A DNA stretch of 36,957 bases from Lentisphaeria bacterium (GTDB lineage: Bacteria; Verrucomicrobiota; Lentisphaeria; JABSQK01; JAWLHB01): contig JAWLHB010000030.1 of assembly GCA_041690595.1 (NCBI GenBank), forward strand, positions 62,001 to 98,957, given 5' to 3'. How positions within the stretch are numbered: position 1 is the first letter of the stretch; each line of letters starts with the position of its first letter. Below, piece after piece: positions 1-10,397 of this stretch. Below the pieces are notes generated by a model. That model was not told where the DNA came from, made no database searches, and saw nothing but the letters and a program-made list of their open reading frames with translations. The translations under genes were made by a program, and so were the position numbers.

Positions 1-2
1 AA

Positions 3-443
3 ATGGCGGGTGGATTGAGCAGCCACAACAGCCTGACACCGGGTCATGGCAATCACGCGCACCTTGGGGGTGCGCTGTTCCAGATCGAAGCGCTGCTGGG
101 AGCCGCGGCCGCGGTCAACGAGATGCTGGTGCAGCGCACGGCGGACGGCGTGATCCACCTCTTCCCCGCATGGCCAAAGGAGCTGCCCGCCGCCTTCGAG
201 ACACTCCGTGTTCCCGGCGCGCTTCTGCTCTCCGCCAGCTACGATGGGAAGCAGGTGACGACAGTGGCCGTGCTGGCGGAAGCAGCCGGCGAGCTGGCAC
301 TGGCGAATCCATGGGGAGACAAGCAGGCAGAAGTACTTGGCCCCGACGAACGGAGACGAATGACGGGCGAGGTGTTGCGCTGGACGTCGCCAGCCAATAC
401 CCTTTGGCACATCCGCGAGATACCGACAACCAAGGAGTCATGA
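3..443 (+). CDS. C-terminal fragment of a glycoside hydrolase family 95-like (alpha-L-fucosidase-like) protein; 5' part lies outside the window
   Basis: FQIEALLGAAAAVNEMLVQ...IHLFPAWP...AAFETLRVPGALLLSA resembles the GH95 C-terminal pattern FQID.NFG..A.i.EMLLQ...i.LLPA.P..W..g.f.gLRa.Ggf.Vsa. Confidence 0.7.
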   Translation: MAGGLSSHNSLTPGHGNHAHLGGALFQIEALLGAAAAVNEMLVQRTADGVIHLFPAWPKELPAAFETLRVPGALLLSASYDGKQVTTVAVLAEAAGELALANPWGDKQAEVLGPDERRRMTGEVLRWTSPANTLWHIREIPTTKES

Positions 444-446
444 GCG

Positions 447-1307
447 ATGCAGAAATCAGCGAACCTACGCCTCTTCACCTTGATCGAGCTGCTGGTGGTC
501 GTGGCGATTATCGCCATTCTCGCGTCAATGCTGTTGCCGGCCCTTTCGGCGGCGCGCGAGGCGGCAAAGCGGGTCGACTGCACCAACAACTACAAGAGTC
601 TGGCCATGGCGACGACGTTGTATACGGGCGATAGCGACGATTTCTTTCCGCCAGCAATCTCGCGTCACAATCGCAGTCATGAGGTAACGAATCTGACGCG
701 CAACTGGCACCACCTGATCGACGTGTATATCGACAACAAGCTGGAGCCGTTCACCAGCACGGAGCCGGGCGGGTGGCCGCAAGTGACGACCAACGCGATG
801 TGCAACAAGGATTACGGGATCTGGCATTGCGCGACGGACATGAATGTCTCGATCGCCTGGAATTATGGGGGCCAGCTCAGCTATTTTGCCAACATGCACC
901 TGAGCCGGACCTGGCGGGAGGTAAGCGGCGCGGCAGTCGTCGAAGGGGTCAACGGCAATGGCCAGGGGGGGACGAAGGTCGGTTCGGTGACCATTGCGGA
1001 TCGGATCATCCTCTATGGCCATTATTCACGCGGCATGTTCTGGTCCATCAAGGCAGCGGCGCTGACGTATCCCTGGGGAGCGATGTGGCTGGACCAGCTC
1101 GACAATGTACCTGGCTTCGGTTCGGTCGCCTGGTTTGCCACGCTGCACGCCAACAAGGCGACCTACGTGGCGGCTGATGGCCATACTGAGTTTCTTTCGC
1201 CTGATCAAATCGGCACGACGCCGAAGTATGGTGCCCATGCCACCCGCGCGCTCTTCTTCGCTCCGGGTCCGGGTACCGACGGCAATACGTACTACTCCAA
1301 CTGGTAA
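447..1307 (+). CDS. Prepilin-type N-terminal cleavage/methylation domain protein (DUF1559-like, H-X9-DG motif)
   Basis: [40 protein letters not shown]-terminal [22 protein letters not shown] at 432-437. Confidence 0.9.
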   Translation: MQKSANLRLFTLIELLVVVAIIAILASMLLPALSAAREAAKRVDCTNNYKSLAMATTLYTGDSDDFFPPAISRHNRSHEVTNLTRNWHHLIDVYIDNKLEPFTSTEPGGWPQVTTNAMCNKDYGIWHCATDMNVSIAWNYGGQLSYFANMHLSRTWREVSGAAVVEGVNGNGQGGTKVGSVTIADRIILYGHYSRGMFWSIKAAALTYPWGAMWLDQLDNVPGFGSVAWFATLHANKATYVAADGHTEFLSPDQIGTTPKYGAHATRALFFAPGPGTDGNTYYSNW

Positions 1308-1319
1308 GGAAGAGGTTCC

Positions 1320-2357
1320 ATGGCAGAATGCATGCGTCTTGGCTTGTACGGCTGCAACATGTACCGGACGAAAGATCTGGTCGATGCGGTGCTGGCGGGT
1401 TGTCCCGGGCAGGTGAAACTGGTGGCCGGCTACGACGTGAATCCGGCGATGTCGCGCGCCTGCGAAGAACGCTACGGGATTGTGGCGTACCCGGAGCTGG
1501 AGGCATTCCTGGCGGCGGATTTCGATGTGGCGTTGATCAGCCTGCCGCCTTATCTGCACGCCCGGGCCTTTGCCGAGTGCGCCGCCGCGGGCAAGGATGT
1601 GTACCTGGAGAAGCCGGTATGCGTGGACGATGCCGGCCGCGCCAGCCTGCTGGCCACCCAGGCGGCCTATCCGCGGGTGCGCTGCTACGTCGGGCTGAGC
1701 TATCGGCACGTCGCCGTCTTCCGGAAGGTGGCAGAGCTGGTGCGCCGTCCGGAGGCGGGGGCGATCGTGGGCATTCACCATCACTGGTTTTCGCCCGGCG
1801 CGGCCATTCCGCCGGAGCAGCGCACCAACTGGCGGCACAAGCTGGAGGAAGGCGGCGGCCAACTGGTGAATCACTGCTGCCATGCCTTCGACTGGCTGGA
1901 GTGGATTGGCGGTCGCTTCACCGGGGTTTCGGCTTCCTGCTACACGCATCCGTCGGCATCGCTGCAGCATGAGGAGCAGGAGGTATCGGCGGCCTTTACC
2001 TACGCCAGCGGCGCGCTCGCGGTCTTCAATCTCTCCCAGCATTCCCATCAGAACGTGCAATTCGGCAGCATACATCTGGAGAACATGGCGATCCGCTACG
2101 AGTGGAATCAGCCCAGCTATGTGCGGCTCTATGCGACGCGACCGCGCGCGTTTGACGAGGCGTGGGAATGGAGCGTCACGGAGCGGCCGGGCGATGGCGG
2201 CGAGGCGGATCGCAACGTCAGCCAGATCCGTGAATTCGTCAACGCGTGGCTCGCCGATGCGCCGATGCCGTTGACGCTGGCGGACGGCATCCGGGTGTAC
2301 GACGTGGTTTCAGGACTGCGCCGCGGTTGCCGCGAAGGAAAGAGGATCGCCTTGTGA
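1320..2357 (+). CDS. Gfo/Idh/MocA family NAD(P)-dependent oxidoreductase
   Basis: N-terminal Rossmann-like RLGLYGC, GKDVYLEKP motif, GGGQLVNHCCHAFDWL; GAGG RBS. Confidence 0.9.
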   Translation: MAECMRLGLYGCNMYRTKDLVDAVLAGCPGQVKLVAGYDVNPAMSRACEERYGIVAYPELEAFLAADFDVALISLPPYLHARAFAECAAAGKDVYLEKPVCVDDAGRASLLATQAAYPRVRCYVGLSYRHVAVFRKVAELVRRPEAGAIVGIHHHWFSPGAAIPPEQRTNWRHKLEEGGGQLVNHCCHAFDWLEWIGGRFTGVSASCYTHPSASLQHEEQEVSAAFTYASGALAVFNLSQHSHQNVQFGSIHLENMAIRYEWNQPSYVRLYATRPRAFDEAWEWSVTERPGDGGEADRNVSQIREFVNAWLADAPMPLTLADGIRVYDVVSGLRRGCREGKRIAL

Positions 2358-3127
2358 CCCAGCACTTTGCCACAGTCACTGCCTTGCGGGAAGCATGCCG
2401 GCGCGGCGACTATACGGGGCCGACCATCGGCCTGGCACCCGAAAACCTGCTGTGCAATCTGGTGGTGCTGGCGCGCGCGTGGGCGTACGACTTCCTGGTA
2501 TATTGCCAGCGAAATCCGAAGGCCTGCCCACTCATCGAAGTGCTGGATCCGGGCGACCCGGTGCCACGCTTCTGCGCGCCCGGCGCGGATCTGCGTACCG
2601 ATCTGTCGCGCTACGCGATCTATCGGGACGGTCGGCGGCAGGATGACGTGCTGAATATCGCCCACCTGTGGCAGGCGGACAGCGTAGCGATGCTCATCGG
2701 TTCGAGCCTGACCTTCGACCGGGCGCTGCAGCGGGCGGGGGTGCCGCCATCGCCGGAGGTGTGGGTCTTGCGTACGGGCCTAGCCACAATCCCCGCCGGA
2801 CCATTTGGCGGGCCGCTGGCGGTGACCATGCGCTGGATGACGGCGGCGCAGGCCATCGTCGCCACGCAGTTGACGGGGCGTTTTCCGTGGACACACGGGG
2901 CGCCGCTGCACCTTGGGGATCCGGCAGTCATCGGCGCCGATCTGGCGCATCCCATCTGGGGTGCGCCCGTGCGGGAGATCCCCAGCGGGGTCGTGCCGGT
3001 ATTCTGGGCTTGCGGCGTGACGCCGCAGCTCGCTGTCGAAGCGGCCCGACCGCCGCTGATGATCGCGCATGCGCCCGCGCATGGTTTCGTTACCGACCTC
3101 AAAGCCGACCAGTTCTGCCTGCCATGA
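2354..3127 (+). CDS. DUF1445 / D-glutamate cyclase-like putative hydro-lyase
   Basis: Motifs FLVYCQRNPKACPL, ADLRTDLSRY, IGSSLTFD, HGAPLHLGDP, PVFWACGVTPQ, HAPAHGFVTD; GTG start at 2354 overlaps the upstream TGA (GTGA coupling). Confidence 0.88.
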   Translation: MTQHFATVTALREACRRGDYTGPTIGLAPENLLCNLVVLARAWAYDFLVYCQRNPKACPLIEVLDPGDPVPRFCAPGADLRTDLSRYAIYRDGRRQDDVLNIAHLWQADSVAMLIGSSLTFDRALQRAGVPPSPEVWVLRTGLATIPAGPFGGPLAVTMRWMTAAQAIVATQLTGRFPWTHGAPLHLGDPAVIGADLAHPIWGAPVREIPSGVVPVFWACGVTPQLAVEAARPPLMIAHAPAHGFVTDLKADQFCLP

Positions 3128-3169
3128 TGCTTATGTCCAGAAACCACGGATCGCGAAAGGAGTAGATAC

Positions 3170-4219
3170 ATGAGGTATGCACACATGCTGCTGATCTGGG
3201 CGGCGCTGAGCCTCGCCACCCGCGGCACGGCTCGGGAGTTCCGGGAACTGGCCCTGCACCACGCGGTAAGGGCTGAGACGGTGCCAATCATCGACGGCAG
3301 CCTCGACGAGGCATGCTGGAAGCTCGCTCCCCCCTTCAGCCGCTACACGCATGACGCAGGAAAGAATCCCCAGGAGACCCACATTCGCATCGTCTGGGAC
3401 GACCGCGGGATCACCTTTGGGGTCATCAACATGGAAGCGCATCCCGAGCGTATCCGCGCCAGCGTCCGCACCCGCGACGGCGGTCAGGTCTGGGCGGACG
3501 ACTCCAACGAATTCTATGTCGACCCGACGGCGACCGGCTATGCCCTCTACAAGTTCGACGTCAACAGCATCGGCACGATCGCCGACTTCTGGCAGCCCGA
3601 TCCGGGCTTCACCGATCACAGTTGGTCGGCCACCTCGGCTCGCGCCGCGAGCAGCACAGGCACGGATGCGTGGACGCTGGAGTTTTTCGTGCCCTGGAGC
3701 GATCTGGGTGTGCGCGCGGCTCCGGGAGATCTCTGGATGTTCTTTCATCGCCGGCTGGCGTGGACGGATGCCGATGGCAAGCTGACGGTGACCAGCTCCA
3801 CCGGCGGCAACTTCATGGAGCGCAAGTTCGGCTACATCTCGTTCACGACGGCGGAGTTGCCGACGCCGGAAGCGCTTGGGGAGAGATTGGGGTCGGCTGC
3901 CGCACCGTGGGTGGTGCCGATGAAGAATCGCTGGCTGTGGGCCAACGGCGACGGAACGCCGAGGTTGGCTGAACCGCCGGCGGTCGTAGCGCACTATCGG
4001 GAGTTGGCCGAGGAGGCCGTCAGCGCGGCCGTGGAGCTGGCCGCAACGGGCACCGGCGAACGCAACGCGGCAGCGCTTGCCGAACTCGACCGGCGCCTCA
4101 CCGTCGCCGACGACCTGATGCCCGTCGATGCCGCCGCCAGCTACCAGGCCCTGATCCGGGAGGGCGAGGAGCTGCGCGACGAGATCGCTCTGGAACACTT
4201 TCTGACCAACGCTCAATAG
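3170..4219 (+). CDS. Secreted CBM9-like (DOMON-like sugar-binding) protein with helical C-terminal extension
   Basis: Signal peptide; PIIDGSLDEACW, VWADDSNEFYVDP, WTLEFFVPWSDL motifs; AAGGAG RBS. Confidence 0.75.
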   Translation: MRYAHMLLIWAALSLATRGTAREFRELALHHAVRAETVPIIDGSLDEACWKLAPPFSRYTHDAGKNPQETHIRIVWDDRGITFGVINMEAHPERIRASVRTRDGGQVWADDSNEFYVDPTATGYALYKFDVNSIGTIADFWQPDPGFTDHSWSATSARAASSTGTDAWTLEFFVPWSDLGVRAAPGDLWMFFHRRLAWTDADGKLTVTSSTGGNFMERKFGYISFTTAELPTPEALGERLGSAAAPWVVPMKNRWLWANGDGTPRLAEPPAVVAHYRELAEEAVSAAVELAATGTGERNAAALAELDRRLTVADDLMPVDAAASYQALIREGEELRDEIALEHFLTNAQ

Positions 4220-4231
4220 AGGATATCGATC

Positions 4232-7200
4232 ATGCCAGGATTCGTCTGTTTGCGGATCGTCGTCATGCTGTGCCTGACAGGGGTGCTGTCGGCACAGACC
4301 CAGATGGATGGCTCGCGCGCCAACGAGCTGACCACGGACTTTGTCACCCCGCATCTGGAGTGGGTCGAGAGTCTGGAAGGCGGCAAGTTGCGGGCGCTCT
4401 TCGTGGTTTCGCTGAGCCGCGCGCGGCTTGTGATCGAGATCGCGCAACGCATGCCGCTGGACTATGCCGCGGTGACCACGGCGCTGCGTACCTACGATCT
4501 TGCCATCACCGACCATCCCGCTTACGATAATCTCTACACAGGCACCAGTCGCGCCGCCAAGACACAGGAGTTGCTCGACAAGCTGGAGTCGGAATACGAG
4601 GTGGTCGTGATCGCGGGCGTGGACCTGGGCCAGCTTCCGGCGCGGGTCAAGCTGCGGATACTGGAGCGGGTGCAGGCGGGTGCAGGCCTGGTGCTCTACG
4701 ACGTGCGCGGGACGGAATCGCTGCAAGCGATCTTCGCCCACCCTGCCCCGGCGGGAGAAGCGGCGATCCAGGCACTGGCGCCGGCCGACCCGTCACTGCG
4801 CGCCTATTCCTTCGGCGCCGGCCGCATCGTCACGGCCGCGCGGATGAATGTCGCCCCATTTCATTATGACGGCCCCGCATGGTGGGCGCGGTTCGAGAAC
4901 GCCAATGTGCTGACCATGCGCACGTTGCTCTGGGCCGGCGGACGCAATCTGGTGGCCGAGGCCCCGGAGCTGGAGGGCACCTCCGCGCGGCGCAAGGCCA
5001 ATGGCAGGCTGCGGCTGCGCGATTCCTGGAACGCCGTTCTTACCGAGAACGCCGATCCCGTCCTTGAGCTGCCGCCGCTGCCGACCGGCACGTATTATCT
5101 CGATCTTGTCGACGGCAGCGAGCCGGGTGTCTTCACCTTTCAGGTGGATAGCGGACACACGGCCGAGGTGACAATCACCGACGATGCCATCGACGGCTTC
5201 TCGCCCATTCGCCCCACTTTGCTCCTGAACGCACCCGTGCAGAATGGGCGAGCGACAGTCTCGCTCATCGACATGCCGTACCAGCGCATCTGGTACCAGC
5301 GCGAGATACTGCTGGGCGACGGGCTGGAGTTTCCGCTGGCGATCGAGGAGTACCACATGCCGACTCTGGCTGCCACTGTCCGGGTCGACGTCCATACGGG
5401 CGAGACGCCGGTGGCAAGCGCGAGTACCATCGTCTATTTTCCCTGGTATCAGCAGCATGCACCACTCTACGCGGATACCCTGTGGGAGTACAATCCGGGC
5501 GGAGTCGACCGCATCCGTGCCATCGCCGAATATGACGTCATGGGCTACAGCGGCCTGCTCAACCGCATCGACGGCGATCGGCCATCGGTGCAGACCTACA
5601 TGCATCTCAACCTGCGCCACGGCGCCCACAATTTCGGCTTTGCCCTGGGCAACACAGGCATCGGCGAAAATCTCACCGACGAGGAACAGGAGTCGATCGC
5701 CCTGGCGAAGGAAGACTTTTCCATTGGCAATCCGCATACGGAGCCTGCCATTCGCGCTACCGTGCGCAGCATGATCCGCCATAAATCGCTGGACCGGTAT
5801 CCGCTGGCCTTCTATGGGTTGGGGAACGAGACAAAGCTGCCCTACACGAATGGCTTCACCGAAGCGGATACGCGCTTCCTGCGAGAGATGCTGCGCGACC
5901 GTTACGGCGACATCGCCACGCTGAATGCGGCATGGGGACGCACCTACGCCAGCTTCGACGAGGTGCCGAACATGCCCATGGAGGAAGCCCGCGTCAACGG
6001 CATGTACCCCGAATATATGGCGCATCGACGGCTGATTGACGAGACGGTGCGCCGACGCATCGAGATCATCAGCGACGAGGTCGCCAGGATCGATCCGCAT
6101 GCGCACATGGGGTGCGACGGCACCTGGTCGCTGAGCAACGACGGCATCAACATGGAGGAGATCCTGGCCAATCCGCGGGTGAATCACTGGGAGCAGTATT
6201 CGCGGTTGCCGCGGGCGGAAGTTCTGCGCAGCCTGCGGCCGGACGCCGGGGGCTTCCTGTGGGGCTGGATCATGGCCAACGACAGCTACCCGGAAGCGCC
6301 CTGGTTCAACCTGCTGATCGGTTGCGGGAACCACGCAAACTGGTTCCTTTCCGGCTGCAGCATTGGCGGCATGCAGCTCTCCGCGGATTATCGCCCATGG
6401 CGTCCGCGCATGGTGGACGAGCTGGAGAAACTGCGCACGGGAGTAGCCCAACTGCTCAACACCACGCCGCTGCGTGGCGACGGGCTGGCCATCTGGGAAA
6501 GCTACACGAGCAATGTCGCCGGCCTGCTCGGCGATCCGCGTCTCCCCAGATCGACCGACACCAGCATGCCGCTGATCGACTACTGCTATCAACATGGGCT
6601 GACCTTCGACTTTGTCGCCCGCCGGGGCATGGCCGAGAAGCTCGCCGGCTACCGAGTACTGGTGCTCCCGGGCAGCACGGCCATCGCCGACGACGAAGCA
6701 GCGGCGATGCTCGCCTTTGTCCGCAACGGGGGCACCCTGATCGCGGATCTGAACCCAGGCATCCTGAACGACTCCTTCGGCCTTCTCGCGCAGAACCGGC
6801 TGCATGAGCTGTTTGGCCGGCTGAATAGCGAAGCCACACCGGTGCGCGCACCCTTGAGCATCGACACGCAACTGAATGGTCGCCATTTGCGGCTGCGGGC
6901 GGATGCGGTCGGGCAGGTGCCGGGGATCGCCCCGCTGCGCGTCACAACGTACGGGAGCGGAGAGGCCATCTTGCTGAATTTCACCCTCGGTTCCGCCCGC
7001 GAGAGTACGGATGCCGAGTCGTTTGCCACCTTCGTTGGCGAGCTGCTGGCAGCCTGCGACGTCGCGCCGCACATCACCTTCACCGATCTGCCGGCAGACA
7101 GCATTGCGCGGGTGCGCCAAGGCGATGGCTTCAGCCTGATCGGGGTCACCCACCGCCGCCTGGCCTCGGCCGGTGAGAACGGCGACACGGACATCCGCCT

Positions 7201-7615
7201 GAATCTCCCGGAAAATGGCTACGTCTATGCCGTTGGCGAGGGTTTTGTGGCCAGTGCCGATGCCATCACCTTCCAATTATCGCCCCCGTTCCGGCTCTTC
7301 AGCGTCTTCGCCGGCGAGCAGAGTGCGCCGCCGCTGCGCCTCTCTACCACGGAGGTGACGCCCGGGATGCCGGTACGTCTGGATCTTCGCGGTCTCCCAG
7401 TCGGCCGCGTCCTGCTTCTGCAACTGCGCGATGCCGAGGGTAACCTGGTGCGCCCACGCCGGGAGGCGGTACAGCACGAGGTCTTCCTGGTGGGGGACAG
7501 TCCCGACCACCTGGTGCATTTCCCGTACACTACCCGCCCCGGCGACTACCAGTTGACCCTGACGGATGTCGTCACCGGCCTGGCCACCAGCGCCAACCTC
7601 GTCGTGCGCCGATGA
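4232..7615 (+). CDS. Large secreted GH42-like (beta-galactosidase trimerization-domain) glycoside hydrolase
   Basis: Signal peptide; FYGLGNE putative acid/base; LRDRYGDIATLNAAWGRTYASFDEV GH42-type motif; YRVLVLPG...FVRNGGTLIAD trimerization-domain motif; AGGA RBS. Confidence 0.72.
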   Translation: MPGFVCLRIVVMLCLTGVLSAQTQMDGSRANELTTDFVTPHLEWVESLEGGKLRALFVVSLSRARLVIEIAQRMPLDYAAVTTALRTYDLAITDHPAYDNLYTGTSRAAKTQELLDKLESEYEVVVIAGVDLGQLPARVKLRILERVQAGAGLVLYDVRGTESLQAIFAHPAPAGEAAIQALAPADPSLRAYSFGAGRIVTAARMNVAPFHYDGPAWWARFENANVLTMRTLLWAGGRNLVAEAPELEGTSARRKANGRLRLRDSWNAVLTENADPVLELPPLPTGTYYLDLVDGSEPGVFTFQVDSGHTAEVTITDDAIDGFSPIRPTLLLNAPVQNGRATVSLIDMPYQRIWYQREILLGDGLEFPLAIEEYHMPTLAATVRVDVHTGETPVASASTIVYFPWYQQHAPLYADTLWEYNPGGVDRIRAIAEYDVMGYSGLLNRIDGDRPSVQTYMHLNLRHGAHNFGFALGNTGIGENLTDEEQESIALAKEDFSIGNPHTEPAIRATVRSMIRHKSLDRYPLAFYGLGNETKLPYTNGFTEADTRFLREMLRDRYGDIATLNAAWGRTYASFDEVPNMPMEEARVNGMYPEYMAHRRLIDETVRRRIEIISDEVARIDPHAHMGCDGTWSLSNDGINMEEILANPRVNHWEQYSRLPRAEVLRSLRPDAGGFLWGWIMANDSYPEAPWFNLLIGCGNHANWFLSGCSIGGMQLSADYRPWRPRMVDELEKLRTGVAQLLNTTPLRGDGLAIWESYTSNVAGLLGDPRLPRSTDTSMPLIDYCYQHGLTFDFVARRGMAEKLAGYRVLVLPGSTAIADDEAAAMLAFVRNGGTLIADLNPGILNDSFGLLAQNRLHELFGRLNSEATPVRAPLSIDTQLNGRHLRLRADAVGQVPGIAPLRVTTYGSGEAILLNFTLGSARESTDAESFATFVGELLAACDVAPHITFTDLPADSIARVRQGDGFSLIGVTHRRLASAGENGDTDIRLNLPENGYVYAVGEGFVASADAITFQLSPPFRLFSVFAGEQSAPPLRLSTTEVTPGMPVRLDLRGLPVGRVLLLQLRDAEGNLVRPRREAVQHEVFLVGDSPDHLVHFPYTTRPGDYQLTLTDVVTGLATSANLVVRR

Positions 7616-8673
7616 GAGGACGCTTAGCCATCGTCCTGCTGACGCTGACAGTCGCCGCTTTCGGCCAACTCACCGAGAGCGACGAGGTCGCCCGTAATGC
7701 TGGCGATGGCGAGCACCTGCACAGCAGCTATCGCTACGCCTTCCGCCATGCGCGCGTGAGCTGTGAGCTGCTGCAGGAGAGAGCCCAGACGCCGCGCCGC
7801 TTCTGGCGCTTCGGCGCTGCCGGCATCGGCCGCTTTGCCGCCGCCTTCCTGGTGCCGCAAGCGCGTCTGGCTGAACCGGACGAGACGTGGCTGGTCGACA
7901 CCGGCACCGGCATGATCCTGGCCCGAGCGCGCCTGCCCTTCCTCGACCGCGAAGGGCACATCGGCGTGGACATGGCGGAAATCGACGGCTTTCGCGGCTG
8001 GCTCTTCTTCCGCCTCACGACCAGCGAGCACACCCTGGCGCCCTTCATCGTGTCGGCGCGCACGCAGGGCTATCATGCGAGCATGGGGGGGATGCCCAGT
8101 CGGCTGCACCTGGTCTGGCCGGGGGGCATGGTTGGCGCGGGTGAACAACCACCCTGGGATGGCCGCGCCCCGCGCACCAACGCGCTCGCCTTCTTCGCCC
8201 GCGGCCCGGAAGCCGACCGCGGCAGCGATCTGCTCGTCTTTCAACCCGAGGACGTGGCCAACCTGCGTCTGCAACGGTGGGACAGCGTCGCCATCCTGAC
8301 CTTTGCGCCGACTGCCGGCAGCAATCGGCTGCTCTTCGCCCTCGGCACGGATGCAGAGCGCAACGCGGAGGATCTCGCCATTCCCCAGTTCCTGGCCAAC
8401 GGTCGCCATCGCATTGCCGAAGCCATGCAGCAGATCGACTGGGATCCCCCTCCCGCCGACTTCACCCGCATCGAAGCGCTGATCGTCGAGATTGACGACT
8501 TCCTCGCCCGCCATCCGGACCCCGCGCTCGCCGCGCGGCTGTCGCAGCTGCAGCAGCACGCCGAGCAACTCACCACCACCGATCTCGGCGCCATCGCCCC
8601 CCTCGAAGCCGAGTTACGCGACCTCGCCGAAACCGCCGCCACCCGCGCCCTCAAGATCCTCCTCGCCCCCTGA
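7612..8673 (+). CDS. Hypothetical secreted protein
   Basis: ATGA overlap with the upstream stop, signal-peptide-like N-terminus, host-like codon usage; no family recognised. Confidence 0.75.
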   Translation: MRGRLAIVLLTLTVAAFGQLTESDEVARNAGDGEHLHSSYRYAFRHARVSCELLQERAQTPRRFWRFGAAGIGRFAAAFLVPQARLAEPDETWLVDTGTGMILARARLPFLDREGHIGVDMAEIDGFRGWLFFRLTTSEHTLAPFIVSARTQGYHASMGGMPSRLHLVWPGGMVGAGEQPPWDGRAPRTNALAFFARGPEADRGSDLLVFQPEDVANLRLQRWDSVAILTFAPTAGSNRLLFALGTDAERNAEDLAIPQFLANGRHRIAEAMQQIDWDPPPADFTRIEALIVEIDDFLARHPDPALAARLSQLQQHAEQLTTTDLGAIAPLEAELRDLAETAATRALKILLAP

Positions 8674-8737
8674 GCGTCCTGGCATGCCCGGCCGGCGGCT
8701 GACGGAGCGTCCCGGCAGGTACGGCCGCCAGCGGATC
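8672..8737. repeat. Degenerate 33-bp tandem duplication
   Basis: 8672-8704 GAGCGTCCTGGCATGCCCGGCCGGCGGCTGACG vs 8705-8737 GAGCGTCCCGGCAGGTACGGCCGCCAGCGGATC; 24/33 identical by hand alignment. Confidence 0.55.
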
Positions 8738-8825
8738 ATCGGGAATCGCTGGACAGGCGAAATACCACGGCTATCCTTATGCTGAATCCTGTCATCCTTC
8801 AAAGCCTGTCACCCCGGAGTGCCAT

Positions 8826-10397
8826 GTGAGAGTCATCTTCGTCATGCTGCTCACCATCGCCGTCGCCCACGCCGATCCGGAGCCATGCGCTTCAGGACTC
8901 CGAGATTCTCTGAAGGAGAAGACGAGGAGCACACAGGATCAAGTCGACGAGATACTGGCACATTACCGCTTCCTTGCAGAGAATGCTCGTGCGATTCTTG
9001 ATGGTAATCAGGAGGCCGCGTCAAATTATTTTGGCTACTATGACTTGCCACCTGAAGAGCACTTCCGATTCATCAACTCTGTCTACGAACTGATTGGTCA
9101 TATATTGGACGAGACGGTGACGATAGCTTCGGGACCAGAGGTCGAGTACGTGGCGGGAGTGACTCTCAATGATATTCAGGCGCTGGATGCATATTCCCGA
9201 GCGATAAGCACATATTATCAACTCATCCTGCGGAATATAAAGAATCCTGAGTTCGTCATTGCATCTGGGACAAACATTCCGGAACTCCACAAGGAGTTGA
9301 TGGGGGACTACACGTACCTGCGATCAAAGCCAGGTCCATTGAACACAAAAAAGCCCAAGGCGCTCGGGGATGCGGCGAGAGCCGAGGAGTTGGGAATTGA
9401 GCCCGGAGCCGAAAAGATAAAGTTTTATGTGGATTATACAAAAGAGATCTCAGAACGGCTCACTTACCTTAAAATGCCGGTTGACCGATATCTGGAAGCG
9501 CGAGACAAGCTCAAGGGGGGCGGGTTGTCGGAGGCCGATCGGCAGCTCTGGAAAAAACGGCTCGCTTACTGGAGCGACCTGCATACTACCTCGTGGTTTC
9601 TGGGCTGGGTCGAGGACGATCTGGAAGCTTACCGCCAGGACCCGCTCCTCAACCCCGAGAGACGCGAAGCCGAAATCCGAGCTTTCAAGAATCTGCTCGA
9701 TCACTATCGTATTCTCTATGCCCTTTTCAGGAGCCGCCAGAACGCCGAGCAACCCCAGCATGACCCTTCCCGCATCGAAAAGCCCCGTCCTTGGCAGGAA
9801 GAGTTGGTGGAGGAGAAAGCAAAGCTACTGAACCGGGTACAGAACTTTATTGAGCGGCAACCAGATCTGGGGCTCGCTGAGGGATTCCCGCGCCCCTTGA
9901 CGGAGCAGGAGAAGCAGCAACTGACGGCAACGCTTACTGACTTTGTCGATCTTCTGCAGGCAGATAAGACCAGAGAGGCTTTGACGCGTCATACACACAT
10001 AAAGCCGATAGCTGGCAACATCTCATGGTTTAGGAATCCGGCCGTTGTCAACGGCATGAGAGAGTTCATCGCTTCCACGTTGAGATACAAGCAGGACTGG
10101 GTAGCCTTTTCGGATGATCTTTTCTTTGCTTTGACTCTCGATGCTGAGGAAGAACGTCTGGAATCCTATACCTTTATTCCTTCCAAGCGGAAAGGGAGTG
10201 GATTTGAACTTGCTTTCTGGCGCTTGCCAAGAAACACATCCTTGGAAGCCTGGCTGTTGCGTGATAAACTGGGTCCAGAGGGGTTTTGGCATCTCTGTTA
10301 CAAGGATTATGTTCGAGTAGTCTTGGAAAGCAGCTACAATGGTCGGATGAAGTATTGGAAGAAACAAGAGGGGATTACCGACGATGAGCCGAAATAG
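8826..10397 (+). CDS. Orphan secreted hypothetical protein, AT-richer than its neighbours
   Basis: 523-aa ORF, GTG start with GGAG at 8816-8819, signal peptide MRVIFVMLLTIAVAHA; many A/T-ending codons. Confidence 0.78.
   Translation: MRVIFVMLLTIAVAHADPEPCASGLRDSLKEKTRSTQDQVDEILAHYRFLAENARAILDGNQEAASNYFGYYDLPPEEHFRFINSVYELIGHILDETVTIASGPEVEYVAGVTLNDIQALDAYSRAISTYYQLILRNIKNPEFVIASGTNIPELHKELMGDYTYLRSKPGPLNTKKPKALGDAARAEELGIEPGAEKIKFYVDYTKEISERLTYLKMPVDRYLEARDKLKGGGLSEADRQLWKKRLAYWSDLHTTSWFLGWVEDDLEAYRQDPLLNPERREAEIRAFKNLLDHYRILYALFRSRQNAEQPQHDPSRIEKPRPWQEELVEEKAKLLNRVQNFIERQPDLGLAEGFPRPLTEQEKQQLTATLTDFVDLLQADKTREALTRHTHIKPIAGNISWFRNPAVVNGMREFIASTLRYKQDWVAFSDDLFFALTLDAEEERLESYTFIPSKRKGSGFELAFWRLPRNTSLEAWLLRDKLGPEGFWHLCYKDYVRVVLESSYNGRMKYWKKQEGITDDEPK

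Noticed and set aside
4793..7276. 827-aa minus-strand ORF (also 3131-4741, 12866-14107, 18660-19988, 21984-23483, 26766-27926)
   Set aside because: Antisense shadows of well-supported plus-strand genes with Arg/Gly/His-biased nonsense composition
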